From the NCBI GenBank assembly GCA_964016885.1, contig OZ024743.1:348068001-348132000 (forward strand): a DNA stretch of 64,000 nucleotides, written 5' to 3'. Positions within the stretch are counted from its first letter, which is position 1. The number at the start of each line of letters is the position of its first letter. Both the position numbers and the translations under genes were made by a program. Origin of the DNA: Eledone cirrhosa. Taxonomy: Eukaryota. The notes beneath the pieces are model-generated. The model was not told the origin of the DNA. It did no database searches and was given only the letters and a program-made list of their open reading frames with translations. Shown here piece by piece: positions 11,561 to 25,847 of this stretch.

Positions 11561-13780
11561 TGATTTCTTTATTGGCCACAAAGGATGACATCATGAAAAA
11601 CATTACAGACGGCACAGGACGGTACGGGACGGTACGATGTGGGTTTTGTGCGTGTAAAGATTTTTATTTTTATATAAGAAAGAAAAAAAAAGACATAGAA
11701 ACATATATATATATAAACAATAAAAATTAAAATGGAAGGAATGAAAAATTCCCCAGTAGGCGGGAAAAATCCGAGGGTTACTCGAGGCGAAAACCACACA
11801 AAAGACCACGGGCACCCTGACCACCAGCGCAAGCGCCCTCTCTCAAATTTTCCATTTCTCAAACTACAGGCTTATATTCAGAGTGGTCCCGTTTTTCGGA
11901 CCATTCTCGCTACATTCACCCACCTTTCAACAATTCAGCAATGATCAGGCACTGAACGAGTGCGTGCACGACGGTTTCGTCGCTCTGCGCGCATCTCGGA
12001 CGGGCTCAGCTGACGGCACTTTCGTGCCTGTAGAGCTTATCTCGAACCAGCAACGCTCGCCGGTAGCACTGCCAGGCCAGGGATTTTGGGGAGTTATCCA
12101 TAGGCCCTGGGATGAAAGGTCTCCGGAAGAGAGCAAACAGCTGATCTTCTTCGACCCCCAGGATCTCTCCGAGGACGTCGTGACTCTTCCCCTCCACTAG
12201 TCCTCTATAGAACGCCGAGGTGGATGTTCCACCGATACTGGTGCCCAGCTGGCAGAGGGCAGTGAGCGCGTGGAGACATTCCAGTTTCCAAGCGCTATCC
12301 TTCGGTCTTTCCCTGACCCAGGACTGCTGCTCCGTCAAGGAGACGAGCTGTGGGAAAATGTGCCTGGCGAACGGCGACCACATCTCAAGGAAGCACAAGA
12401 GATGTCGCAGCCTCAGCGCATGTTTTCGCATCATCAGCCATGGCATTGCCACCAGTCCTCCACGCAACGGTTGTTGACAGCAGATGGATCTTCTGATCAT
12501 GGGAGCGCGTCCCTTCCACAATAAGCGGAAGAGGAAGCGCTCTATTTTGGCAAGGGACGACGGTGAGGCGGTAGCAGATGACGGATGCGATGTACGCATT
12601 AGCCACATCCACCCAGCCTTTCAGGGACAGCTTCCTCTCGGCCCATTTCTGGCTGAGGGAGGCCAACTTGCTCGTCACCCCGCTCCAGTTTTTCTCCATC
12701 TGGAGGTTTGGTCCGAACCAGACCGCGAGCAATTTAACAGGTCCGTCCAACGACCCACGACGCTGTAGGACGACATGGTCTTGCCTCTCCAGGTGCCGAG
12801 CAGCAAGCCTACCGACCTTTCCCTGGTTTATCTTTGCTCCTGTCACCGCTTCGTATTCCTTGAGAGAGGTGCCGAGCATCTGGACGTGTCTGGTGCTCGA
12901 CACCACCACGTTGATTTCGTCGCGTAAGCCGACCCTTGATTTCCCGACATCATAGTTTGCGTGGGACGCCCTTCATCGCCCCCAGTTTGTGCAGTAACGG
13001 CTCGAGTGCTAATACGTACAAGAGAGACGAGAGGTGACAACCCTGGTGGACCGAGCGCATGATACTGAACGGCTGCGACAGGTGACCGTTCACCCTCACA
13101 ATTGTGCAGATATCGCTTTACATCGCACCGATTCAACCCCTGAAAACGGGCCCGAAACCGGCTGCCTCGAGAACCGCTGGCAGGTAAAGATGTTCGACCC
13201 TATCGAATGCTTTGGATTGATCCAAGATGATCAGGGACCCACCCGTGCCAGGTTCCTTAACCACCCTCTCTACGATGCATCGCATGAGGTGGATGTTGTC
13301 GTGTATATCTCTGTCCGGAATGGCGCATATCTGCGCCTCTCCCATCAGACCTTCGACGACAAGCGCCAACCTCGTTGGTAACATCTTGGCTAAAATCTTG
13401 AACTCTGCGTTTAGCAGGGTTATCGATAACATCCCCCTTGTTCGGGTCTTTTCTCAGCAGCGCCATCGCTCCCCGTCTCACAAAACTGGGAATGCCCCCA
13501 TTCTGCTGCCAGTTGCAGTAGACATCTGCCAAGAGGTCACCGAACAAGTCTGGCATAAATGCACAAAACTCGTAGGGCAGACCATCCAAACCTGGCGATT
13601 TACCCATCCCACAGTTAGCCATCGCTTCCCGTATTTCACCGGCTGTTATTGTCTTTTCGCAACACTGTGCTGCGGTCGTCGAGAGCCGAGGCAGTCCGTC
13701 GAGGTATGCACTGAAGTCCATACCCCGATCCGGCCCGCCGCTGCTCCCGAACAGTTCAGCAACGTGCTGCTGAAAAGCCT
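11561..13780 (-). mobile_element. 5'-truncated, decayed Tx1-like ORF2 (RT) with 3'UTR
   Basis: KSPGLDGLPYEF, ITLLNAEFKILAK, LDQSKAFDRVEH, RKLSLKG, LFRLLWKG in several frames; same 3' tail as 9664. Confidence 0.85.
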
Positions 13781-14411
13781 GTCTTTTTTTTCTTTCATTA
13801 TATAAATAATAACAAATATTTACACGCACAAAACCGACATCGTACCGTTCTGTACCGTCCTGTGCCGTCTGTAATGTTTTTCTTGGTGTCAGCCCTTGTG
13901 CCCAATAAAGAAATCATTATTATTATTATTATTTTATGGTTTGAAGACAGATACTTTTCTCTTCGGCCAATCCCTCATCAACTTCTTCAAGTTTTACCTG
14001 GAAAGGAAGGTGGGGGTGGAGAGAGAAGTGCTGCCCCCCAGTACATTGGCTAATAGGTGGATGAATGTGGCAAGAATGGCCCGTGTGAAATGGCCTACTC
14101 TGACCATGCGCCTATAGGCTAGCTAACTTGAGGAGAGGTGTGCTCTCCCTGGGTGCCCTAGAAGCGCAGGGTGGTTCAGGATTGGTGGGGGTACCTGAGT
14201 CACCCCAGGGTCGTCCAACCCCTATCGGGGAATTTATTTTGTTATATTTATGCATAGTTTATGTTATATTTTTTAAATCTTCATCGTTAAATTAGTCTTG
14301 CCATTGTGCACTTTTACTCGACCTTATTGTAAACCCCACTGCCCCTGTCTTTGTATTGTCCCCTACATGTCAGCCCTTGTGGCTAATAAATGAAATCATT
14401 ATTATTATTAT
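13781..14411 (+). mobile_element. Two plus-strand Tx1-like 3' ends in tandem (13781-13933, 13934-14411)
   Basis: Each ends gtcagcccttgtg..aataaa..(att)n; the second encodes GLKTDTFLFGQSLINFF...TMRL. Confidence 0.8.
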
Positions 14412-14520
14412 GGTTTCAGATTGAGGCACAAGACCAGCAATGAGCCTAGTGCATTACTGTAGCTGTGTTTTATCGGCCCCGTAAGGGTGAAAGGCAAATT
14501 AACGTCGGCGGAATTTTAAT
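14412..14520 (-). mobile_element. SINE fragment (same family as 59690-59880)
   Basis: ggcacaagaccagcaat...tttatcggccccgtaagggtgaaaggcaaa matches 59703-59790. Confidence 0.65.
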
Positions 14521-15156
14521 GATTTCATTTTTTGCCACAAGGGCCGACATAGAGGGGAGATATAATAATAAGACTGATAACAATAGTATCAATAATGACT
14601 GTGATGATGATAATTTCTAAATAAAATACATTATTCTAGTAAGAATAATAAAAGCAATAATAACAACAATAACAACGAGAAAACTAACCGCATATGCTAT
14701 CAAACAAAACTAACAACACAGAAAAAAGTAATAAAAGCGTAAATGTATAAATAAAAAGATTAAACAAAAGTAATCTGTATATAGTTGAAAAAGGCAATGG
14801 AAACCGGTGTATTAAGTAAATAACCTGCAATTTATATATCAAAGACATTAACGGTTTATTTTTCCACCGGAAGTGATTTGCACGCAAATTTATTTTTCCT
14901 GTGTGTATTTTATCTTTGTTGCTAAAGTTTTTTGTGATGTAGTTTCTTTCTTTTTGGTTTTTAAAGGTTATGTATTCTCTTTTGAGATACACACTCACAC
15001 ACACATAAACACACACATACACCACTCACGCACTTTCACACTTAAACACACATATATATAGACAACTCTCTCTTTATATATATATATGCATATATATATA
15101 TATACATACACAGAAATGCATATGCGTATATATTTATATATGTATATATGTATATA

Positions 15157-15309
<153 letters not shown>

Positions 15310-15329
15310 CGGGGGGTGTATGTATGTAT

Positions 15330-15363
<34 letters not shown>

Positions 15364-15626
15364 CCAACCAATATTTCGGATGAAATGCTTTCAGTGGAAG
15401 ATCCCTCCAGAGTAAGCTGTGATACAAGATGCATAGAAATAAACTTTTCATATTACCAGCTTCTATTAAAAATGTCACCAAAATCAAGGAGATGCTAAAG
15501 CTAAACGAATAACCGGATTTAATCTTATAAATACGTGTGACGCCTTCCAGGAAAAGATGACGTAAAACTACATTAAGTGGTTGTATACATACATACATAC
15601 ATACATAAATACATATATACGTACAG

Positions 15627-15667
<41 letters not shown>

Positions 15668-15798
15668 CACATATATATATATATATATACATACATACAT
15701 AAATACATATATACGTACAAACACACAAACACACACGCATACACACACACACGCCCCCCCACCCACACACACACGCACATACACACACTTATATATAT

Positions 15799-16409
15799 AT
15801 GGTGGCTGCCAACTCGTTTTAGAGTACGGCCACTACTTTATATCCATGTAGGAGAACACCTACCGATGCGCTGAACAAGTGTGACTTTTTAGTCCAGCCA
15901 ACGACTTGAAAACTCTGGTACAAACAATACACTTGTGCCAATTATTGACACGTAGTGCTGGGCCCAAGGTACCATGTGATGACAAGTGCAGAGAGATCTC
16001 CAGATATAAAGCAATGCCTGTGCCGTGAAGCTTTTATAGTGAGCAAAGGCACTGCACAAAGCCAGTCCCACTCTCTTAACCAATATGATATTAACCAAAA
16101 AGAAGAACAAGTCAACATCATTGGATACCATCAGTGTTGCAGGTGTTATATCAGAGTTTTCCTTCTCCTAGAATTCTGCCTTGACAAAGCCTAAGGGGTC
16201 ATCTCTCCCCATGATTTTGGATGGCCATTGATTCTTAAGAGCTCCTTTGCCCTTTGACAGGTTTTGTTTTTAGTCCTGCAGGATGTCCAAAGTCACCCTC
16301 CTCACCAAGAGACCTTGGTAGGGTTGCCAGTTTAGTCGCCAACGACCCGACCATTGGACAGGTTGTACTGGGATACATGTTACCAGTAGCACCAACTGGT
16401 GACCTGACA
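15799..16409 (-). mobile_element. Bipartite non-autonomous RTE-like element, copy 1
   Basis: Minus strand carries an RTE-type 5'UTR motif ctaggagaaggaaaactctga and a terminal zinc-finger-like peptide CIVCTRVFKSLAGLKSHTCSAHR*; flanked by (TA)n. Confidence 0.65.
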
Positions 16410-16424
16410 TATATATATATATAC

Positions 16425-17032
16425 ATGGTGGCTGCCAACTCGTTTTCGAGTACGGCCACTACTTTATATCAATGTAGCAGAACCCTACCGATGCGCTGAA
16501 CATGTGTGACATTTTAGTCCAGCCAGCGACTTGAAAACTGTGGTACAAACACTACACTTGTGACAATTATTGACACATAGTGCTGGGCCCATGGTACCAT
16601 GTAACGACAAGCGCAGAGAGATCTCCAGATATAAAGCAATGCCTGTGCCGTGAAGCTTTTATAGTGAGCAAAGGCACTGCACAAAGCCAGTCCCACTCTC
16701 TTAACCAAGATGATATTTACCCAAAAGAAGAACAAGTCAACATCATTGGATACCATCAGAGTTGCAGGTGTTATATCAGAGTTTTCCTTCTCCTAGAATT
16801 CTGCCTTGACAAAGGCTAAGGGGTCATCTCTCCCGGTGATTTTGGATGGCCATTGACTCTTAAGAGCTCCTTTGCCCTTTGACAGGTTTTGTTTTTAGTC
16901 CTGTAGGATGTCCAAAGTCACCCTCCTCACCAAGAAACCTTGGTGGGCTTGCCAGTTTAGTCGCCAACGACCCGACCATGAGACAGGTTGTACTGGAATA
17001 CATGTTACCAGTAGCACCAACTGGTGACCTGA
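16425..17032 (-). mobile_element. Bipartite non-autonomous RTE-like element, copy 2
   Basis: Diverged copy of 15799-16409, offset 625 bp, separated by (TA)n. Confidence 0.65.
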
Positions 17033-17647
17033 TATATATATATATACATACATACATATAGATAGATACATGCATACGAATCATTTTGTGCGTGGGATTG
17101 TGTGTGAATATTTGTTTCTTTACCTAATATTCGTATGTGTATATTCGGTATAGATTCAACAACAAAACATTTGAGATGAATTAAAATTAGCAAAAATCGG
17201 CCTCAACATTGATATGATTGGAACGAAGTAACTTTTGCATAACTGGTAAACAATGGCTTAACAAGAAACAATGTTTTGTTAGTAGTTGTGGTAGTACAAT
17301 ATCAACAACCTAAGGGAAATCTAACGGCAAGAAATGTAGATTTTTATATAATAGAATTCATGAATAAACGATAATCCATGAATTTAGCGAAATACGGAAT
17401 GTAACTATATCAGATATGATTGTATGCGTATATATGCTGCACCATGCTATAAGGAAGAGCAATGTGAGCTGAAATGAACGATGCGGTAGTTATCGCTGTT
17501 CGTTCTCCATGGCAAGGCGTCAGCAATCATGTCTGTTTGGTGCATTCGAGATATGCCACCATGTCAAGAGTGTAGATTTTGCACCACTCTCAATTTTATT
17601 CGTCTTTTCTTCTGCATTTTAATTGTGCTACATATTTTGATATTTAA

Positions 17648-17735
17648 TTTATGAATGAGAGATATATTTTTTGTTTTTATGAATGAGAGATATATTTTTT
17701 GTTTTTATGAATGAGAGATATATTTTTTGTTTTAT
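17648..17735 (+). repeat. ~28-bp minisatellite x3
   Basis: tttatgaatgagagatatattttttgtt repeated. Confidence 0.85.
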
Positions 17736-18679
17736 ATAATCTTTACATTTAGCACGCATTTCAAATTTGTTAGTTGTTTTTTTTTTAAATTCTGATTCAT
17801 GTCTGATAAAAAAAAAATTACGAATAGTTTTCAAACAAAATAACGACTATTACCACATTCTGCCTATCACTTCTCTTGTGTCTCATTCACACAGAAAAAA
17901 AAAATTAATTTACATGAAGTTAAATATTGAAGAAACAAATTATATGGTCTTAAGATGGATACTAAAAAAAAAAAGAGATTGCAAATGTAAAACGTCAGCT
18001 GTATCAATCAGCATATTTTCGTGTTATAGTAACATACAACGATCCCGCATCTTATGCCGTTAGGTGGTTCCCCAACCACATCGTTCTGTTAAAAAGAAAA
18101 ACATTCAGTACACTTATATAAAAGAAACATAATATCATGTACACTTGCTCATCTCAGGGAAAGAATGATGGCAGAATGTGTTAAAGTTTTCTCCCTTACA
18201 TAAGGTGATACCGATTTATGCGGAATACAACGTTGAAACATGTACCGCTTTGGTGAATTAAAATTCAACAATGTAATTTCGGATCACGGTCCTTCAAATT
18301 TACATTATTTAAAACCACACAAGACACGGGCGCATTTTTTTCTATAACCCTTTCCTGTGTCATTTCAAATTTAAGATTTAACGTTTTACACTAATTTCAA
18401 TAATTCAATCGTATTTTGTAGACCATATATTTAAATTACATCATGGAAGAATCATTTTCGCCATTATAAAACAAATAAAATTGTTATATTCACTTTTCCT
18501 TTAAGCCTTCAGGTGCCAACCGTTTCCTCACTTTTCTACCAATTGCTTATTAACACAAGTTTATTTACATAGTGCATCCTGTCAGATTCCATGCCACACA
18601 AATACAGCGAACATTTTTTAACTTTACCAGAAATAAACTAAAATAGTATATGACAGTTTTCATGTTTCTATAATTAACT

Positions 18680-18800
18680 TAATGGTTAGCGGAATCCCGA
18701 TAATAAAGTCATGAGTTCGATTCCCACACCAATTCACAAGGTGTACTCTTAATCAAAGCCCTTTGTTACGTTGGTCCAGTACATTTAGTAGGAAATGTGT
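18680..18800 (+). mobile_element. Degenerate tRNA-derived SINE head
   Basis: A-box-like taatggttagcg and B-box-like gagttcgattccc. Confidence 0.4.
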
Positions 18801-19972
18801 ACCACCCACTTTTGGAGGTTCACACTAAGATGGACTGGAGTTTGGTTCTGTGGTGTGTCTAGTATTCCTAGTCGTATAATGCTCAGGATTCTAGAATAAA
18901 TCCATTCAAACAGGGAAAGGAAAACGCATGAAAAACTATAAATAGTTAAATAGCATTTCTATGTAATGGCTTCATAGATATAATAATATGAAATCTTTCT
19001 TTCATAAATGTATTATGTAGGAATTTGTGAGAAATTATTATAAGATATAGGAATCCGCTCCAATATATGTGTTATCTGGTTTTTTTTTAATCGAATTTTA
19101 AATACAAATTATAAGACTTATTCTCTTTAAACATTAACTAATTAGGATGCAAAAATATAAACCAACTATTTTAACGAGTAAACTGGTGATATGATGAAAA
19201 GTAGGAGGAGTGGAGATAGGGAGAGGAAAAGGAAGAGAGCAATAAAATGATGATTAAGGCAATAAGTAATATGATGACCATCAAAATCATAATAATGAGG
19301 ATGTTGATGATTGACAGTAATCATGGTTATGATCATATTAACAGCGAGGTGGTTGATGAACATGGCATTTATGTTTGTGAATATAGTTATTATCAAAATG
19401 AAAGAGGTGGTGTTGCTCTGTGTACTACTCATTGTTAAATAATCCCACGCTCATTTCTTCCCAAATATATCACACTTACATTAGATGGATGCATCGGCTT
19501 TCTGTTTAATGTGGTTTCTCTTTACTTGTTTAGTCGCCATAGCCATTGAATATATAAGTGTATAAAATAAATGACTGAGAATTTCAGAAAACTGGTACAA
19601 TGGGGTAGAAAAATATAAAAAAGATGAAAATAATGACAAATAAAACAGAAAACAATTAAAATAAATGATAGATTAGAACTGAACCGGGCAGATTGGCTAC
19701 TACAACTGCTCCACGCATGCATAATGCAGACATTTAGACCAGTTAGGGTATAACGCATTGGGCGTTGGTTATGTTTGCACCTGTTTTATGTTTTTGCATT
19801 TGAAAATGATTTTATAACACTGAAATATAGTGGGTGAAAAAAATTACTTTGTTTAGTTCTATTTATCATACTTTCCCTCTATACACTTCTACCGCAATTT
19901 ACTGGCCTCGTGAAATACTTATCATTCATTTAATAGATAACTCATTATGATTCTTATTAACTATACTATATA

Positions 19973-20009
<37 letters not shown>

Positions 20010-20116
20010 CATTTCAAGTTATCAATACTTTAGTGATAATATATCGTCACGTTAGAGATGAACAGCGTACGTGTAGGTTTGCTCAACGAGTATAAATTAT
20101 ATTCCAGAGAAAATAT

Positions 20117-22268
20117 AGAAAAGATGAATATAAAATGAAAGTGCTTTTATAAAGGAATTTATTAGGTACTGACATATGTTTCTGTAACAGACGGAGTACC
20201 TATGTATCGCTGCCTGCTTAATCATATAATGTTAGCAAGTATTTGATATAACTATGGGTTCCAATGATTCTGCGGAAGTAACTGATCTTGTGGGAATTTG
20301 TATCACCCACAGACTACAAGGAAAATTCAAGGATCTCCACGGTGGACTCTACCGTGACGATGCGCTCCTATTAGTTAAGAATATGAATAACCAGAATTTA
20401 GAAAGGATGCGTAAAAACATTAGAAAGCTTTTTAAGGAACTAGGATTAAATATTACGTTTGAATATAACCCCAAAGAGGTTAATTTTCTTGATGTTACTT
20501 TGAATCTCAATGCAGAAACGATTAAACTGTTCCATAAACTAAATGAGAACCTTAAATATGTAAATACGGGTTCTAACCATCCACTCTCTATAATTAAATC
20601 ATCACTAGAAATATTTCCCTTAGAATCTCCCGCCTGTCTTCCAACCACCAAACCTTCAAAGAACATGCCGAATATTATGATGATGCACTTAGGAAGGCTG
20701 GACACCTAGATAATATAGAGTATATAGTCGACGATCACCAAAACACCCAAAATAAATCTCATAGAGGTAGAAATAGCATAGAATCACCACCATACATACA
20801 CTACCGCAATAGACACACTAATAGTCGCACACCACCAAACAGAAGGCGATGTAAAGAGTATATATGGTACAACCCGGTCTATACCAACTCTATTAAAACC
20901 AATCTACCCTCACAATTCTTTCGATTAGTTAAAAAACATTTTCCAACATCACATAAATATAATAAAATCTTAAACCCCAACACTTTTAGACTTTCATATT
21001 CAATCGCCCTTAATATTGAACAACATATAAAAAAGCTTAACGCAAAACGGTTGTATAAACGCCTTCCAACACATAACAATACACGTAAAACATCGGCTAT
21101 AACATCACAAAACAACAAACAACATCCCGTCCTGCCTAAGCAACCTCATCAACCCATCTATGCCAATACAACAACGCATAATTATAACTGTAACTGTGTC
21201 CAACCAGGAATGTGTCCGTTGAACAATCAGAGTCTTGAACGCAACATCATATACAAATGTACTACCGAATCGGGTAGCCAGAAGTGGTACTATGTGGGGT
21301 CTACAGCTACCTCCTCCAAATCTCGCCTTTATACACATCGTTACTCGATAAAACATGAAAACCAGCGTTATGTAACAACACTCGCAGACAAGGCTTGACA
21401 ACTGCGCGAAAATAACGAACAATTTAACCTAAAATGGGATATAATAGTGTACCCATGCCTATTTCCAAGTACAGGAATTTTGTCAATTGTGTAATATAGA
21501 AATATTTTGTATTATGAAATCCAAAAATATTTTATTAAATAACAGAATAGAGCGATCGTTATACTGTAACCATCGCTTGAAATCTACATTTTCATATTAC
21601 AAACTCTACCAGGATTGAACGCCTGTCTCCATCTCCGTTTGATTTTCAAAATACAAATTAACATTCTCTATTAGTCTTAATTCTATCAACTCTTCTATTC
21701 TTTACCATTTAATATAAACTGCTATAGATAAAATGAGATTTCTTAATTCAATTCCCTAATACATATACCAGCGTGATACCAGCATTGTTGTTATGCAGTA
21801 GCAGTGAAAATCTCTCTCTTCCTTACCTAACACTTTATATCTGTATTAATACTAGTACACCAAACGACCAGCCCTGTCTATTATTCAATTGGTCAAATAT
21901 AGATTAAAATAAGCACTCCCAAAAATTCTTATTTAAATAAAATAAACCATATACTCATTGTATTCTTATTAAAAACTTTCTATATACATGTTTAACAGAA
22001 AATTGAATTGCCATCTGTCATATACTAGCCCTTCTCTTCTTCCTTTCTTACAACTAATATAAATACTTTGATTTTTCTGATTTTTTCCAATTTATCCAAT
22101 ATCTCTGAAGAAGTGACAACTGATTATACATTTGCTATCGAATACTTGCTAATATTATATGATTACGCAATCAGCGGTACATAGGTATTCCGTCTGTTAC
22201 AGAAACATATGTCAATACCAAATAAATTCCTTTATAAAAACACTTTCATTTTATATTCATCTTTTCTC
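20117..22268 (+). mobile_element. 5'-truncated Penelope-like element (GLYRDD-type RT + GIY-YIG) with inverted terminal pLTR piece
   Basis: MGSNDSAEVTDLVG...GLYRDD...NFLDVTLNL...SNHP; CNC..CPL, NIIYKC...YYVGST...RLYTH. 20117-20248 is the reverse complement of 22137-22268. Confidence 0.88.
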
Positions 22269-22274
22269 TCTCTC

Positions 22275-22457
<183 letters not shown>

Positions 22458-22640
22458 TCAATACATGAACAGAGAAAGACTTAAACGATACGCAGTCCAA
22501 CTCCATCTCACTCAACAAACATTAGGATGTACTTAAGTATTATCCCAATTTAGTGTTTGGGGTGCTAACTAATCAGTATATCGTGGATAATTGGTTGTAT
22601 TATTTTATATGAGACTTTATTAAATAAATATGTCATTTCT

Positions 22641-22764
22641 TACAGACGGCCGTTTCGTTATAAGATTTCTACAATTTGAGATCAAAAATTTCCAGGTTAT
22701 GTAGAAACTTCTATATAATCAATAGTTTTATACACAAGCGGGCTCTTATAAACTCATCAGTGGA
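22641..22764 (-). ncRNA. Type I hammerhead ribozyme motif with long stem II insert
   Basis: Minus: tcca CTGATGA g(t)ttataaga...tcttataac GAAA cggccg TC tgta; palindromic stem III; one stem I mismatch. Confidence 0.7.
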
Positions 22765-22789
22765 TGCCCAGTCAATAAGGATAAAAGAA

Positions 22790-23002
22790 TGTTGAAGACT
22801 AAAATCGAAAGACGGCTCGATAAGGATAAATATATATCAGATATATAAGAACCGTAGGGCAAATATTTAATAAAATAACAGATTAAAGTTTAAGCAAAGA
22901 ATCGCTGCTTTCACCCATAACGGGATCTTCTGAAACTGTTTCAGAATATCCCGTTAAGAGTGAAAGCAGCGATACTTTGCTTAAACTTTAAACTGTTATT
23001 TT

Positions 23003-23005
<3 letters not shown>
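22790..23005. mobile_element. Foldback solo pLTR fragment (CAGAAGA-HHR family)
   Basis: Inverted arms 22872-22936 / 22938-23002; matches 32090-32215. Confidence 0.8.
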
Positions 23006-23072
<67 letters not shown>

Positions 23073-23258
23073 CAATGTTAATGAGTAAAATCGAGTTTGT
23101 AGCCAATGCAGCATCTCGCGAAAGAGCAATCCGATAAGATAATATCGATAAATCGATAAATCAAATCTTAGACTAATAAACATACGTTGAAGGTGTGACA
23201 AATTGAAAACTATGGCTAGGTAAAATAATGTCAAAACAGCCACTACAACAACGAAAAC

Positions 23259-23302
<44 letters not shown>

Positions 23303-23408
23303 TCTTCGGTAAACATTCTTTTATATATATATACATACACATTCATACGTACTTAAATATATACACGTACATACATGTGCTTATCTACATACATGCATAC
23401 ATACGTAC

Positions 23409-23806
23409 ATGGTGGCTGCCAACTCGTTTTCGAGTACAGCCACTACTTTATATCCACGTATGAGAACCCCCTACCGATGCGCTGAACGAGTGTGACTTTT
23501 TAGTCCAGCCAGCAACTTGAAAACTCTGGTACAAACACTACACTTGTGACAATTATTGACACATAGTGCTGGGCCCATGGTACCATGTGACGACAAGTGC
23601 AGAGAGATCTCCAGATATAAAGCAATGCCTGTGCCGTGAAGCTTTTATAGTGAGCAAAGGCACTGCACAAAGCCAGTTCCACTCTCTTAACCAATATGAT
23701 ATTTACCTAAAAGAAGAACAAGTCAACATCATTGGGTACCATCATAGATGACCCCTTAGTCTTTGTCAAGGCAGAATTCTAGGAGAAGGAAAACTCTGAT
23801 ATAACA
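23409..23806 (-). mobile_element. RTE-like bipartite element, copy 3, with 5' inversion
   Basis: 23409-23744 is colinear with copies 1 and 2; 23746-23806 is the reverse complement of 16145-16205. Confidence 0.75.
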
Positions 23807-24352
23807 TACATACATACATACATACATACATACATACATACATACATACATACATACATACATACGGTCACAAAAATATACTCGAAATTAAGAGAAAGAG
23901 ATAACATACATACTTATATACATATATACATAAAGAAATATAAATGTATACCAAACCACCTAGTTACTATTTCTAACAAAGAAATCGCAGATTTTTTAAA
24001 CACATTTTTATACAAGGGAATCTCGTATAGCTTTCAAATGAAATTGCCTGACATTACTCTATCTAGAAATTAAGCAGCACGCCAGTGGTTGATGGAGTTC
24101 AATAAATTAATTACGTTTATATATCCAAAGGCGGTATCCTAAAAAATATTTATACGAATTGTATAAATTTTTATTAATTTTTATTCTTTTAAACATGTAC
24201 CTGTTTCTTCGCGTGTATTTGAGTATATTTTGATATCTAAGTTTGTTCAGTTATGTGATTAAGTGAATAAATATCTGTATGTATGTGTATGTATGTATGC
24301 ACATATCTATGTATTCATGTATATATATATACATACATATATGTATAAGTAT

Positions 24353-24488
<136 letters not shown>

Positions 24489-25816
24489 GTATATATATAC
24501 TGTATATATATATATATATATATGTATGTATGCATGCGAATTTGTGCGTATGCATGCATATATGTATGCATGTATATATGTATTTCTGTATATACGTAGG
24601 TTTGTATGTATATGTGTATGTACGTATGTATGTATGTATGTATGTATGTATGTATGTATGTATGTATGTACGTATCTATGTGTGTATGTAGCTTGCGATT
24701 GTATACAATCATATGCGTGTGGGAATAACTGCGTTTGTTTTAGTGAAATAATATAATGCTGAATATCGTTTTCAGTCGGTATCGATGTAAATAAACTATA
24801 AAAATAGTGAACTATTTAGATGTATCCTCAGATAAAGCTATCTGTTCTTATGTTTTCCTATATGTCTTTATTTCATTCTATTTCTAGAAAATTCTTTTGC
24901 AAGCCCACGGACATATATACTAACAGTTTCGATTTCATTTCTCTTTTTGTTTTGTTGTGTTTTTCTGAAATATATTTGTTGTTCATCTCGTTGTTTCTGT
25001 CGTTGATGCAGATAGCGTTACCGTTGTTATTGTTGTTATTGTTGTTGGTGTGGTTGTATGTTGGTTGTTCTGGTTCCTTCTTGTAACTCCCTTTTTGATT
25101 CCGGACGGAATCACCTTTAGTTCTACTCCCATAAACATGTTTGTAATAATGTTTATCACACTTACATTTTCTTTCTCGTGATTTTCGTCCATCTCTGATT
25201 CTTCACCTCGAAAATTTACTCCTATTAATTCCTATTTCCTCTCTAGCTTTTGCTTTTTAAACTGTCTCTTTATCTACATCTATTTCTCCTTCTATTTTAC
25301 AAACCACGTGCATATACATACAATAAAAAGCAACAACACGTCTTTACATTTACACATATACATATACATACATGAACAACTCTTACATACAGACCGAAAG
25401 AGAATAGGCAGATATAGCCAGTCAGGAAGACAGAGGAAACGAAGTATATATACTCATATAAGCCTCAGCTTTCCTGCTGGTGTGAACATTTCGTCCCAAA
25501 TCAATCAAATATAAAATATTTACGAACAACTGCTTCGAAACCTTTAACTCCTCTACCTAGATTATAAATTCATATTCACACCTATAATTACATGGGAATT
25601 AGTAAACGTCTAAGTGACAAGCTGCAAAATTCTGCTTTTCAGATAGAGAAATTAATCAGCTAATACGCACTTTACACTTCAATCCGCAAGTAGAACTACA
25701 AAAACATGTAAAATATATAAATTCCAACGATATAGCTTTCGTCCATTGTAAGAAACCAACTTCTTTCTTACATACACATACATAAGCATACATAGACAAA
25801 TACACATATAAAAACA

Positions 25817-25847
<31 letters not shown>

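Noticed and set aside
22085-22150. HHR in the pLTR of the 20.1-kb PLE (ctgaaga...cgaatac)
   Set aside because: GAAA and the stems are degenerate; kept only as a remnant, not called as a ribozyme.
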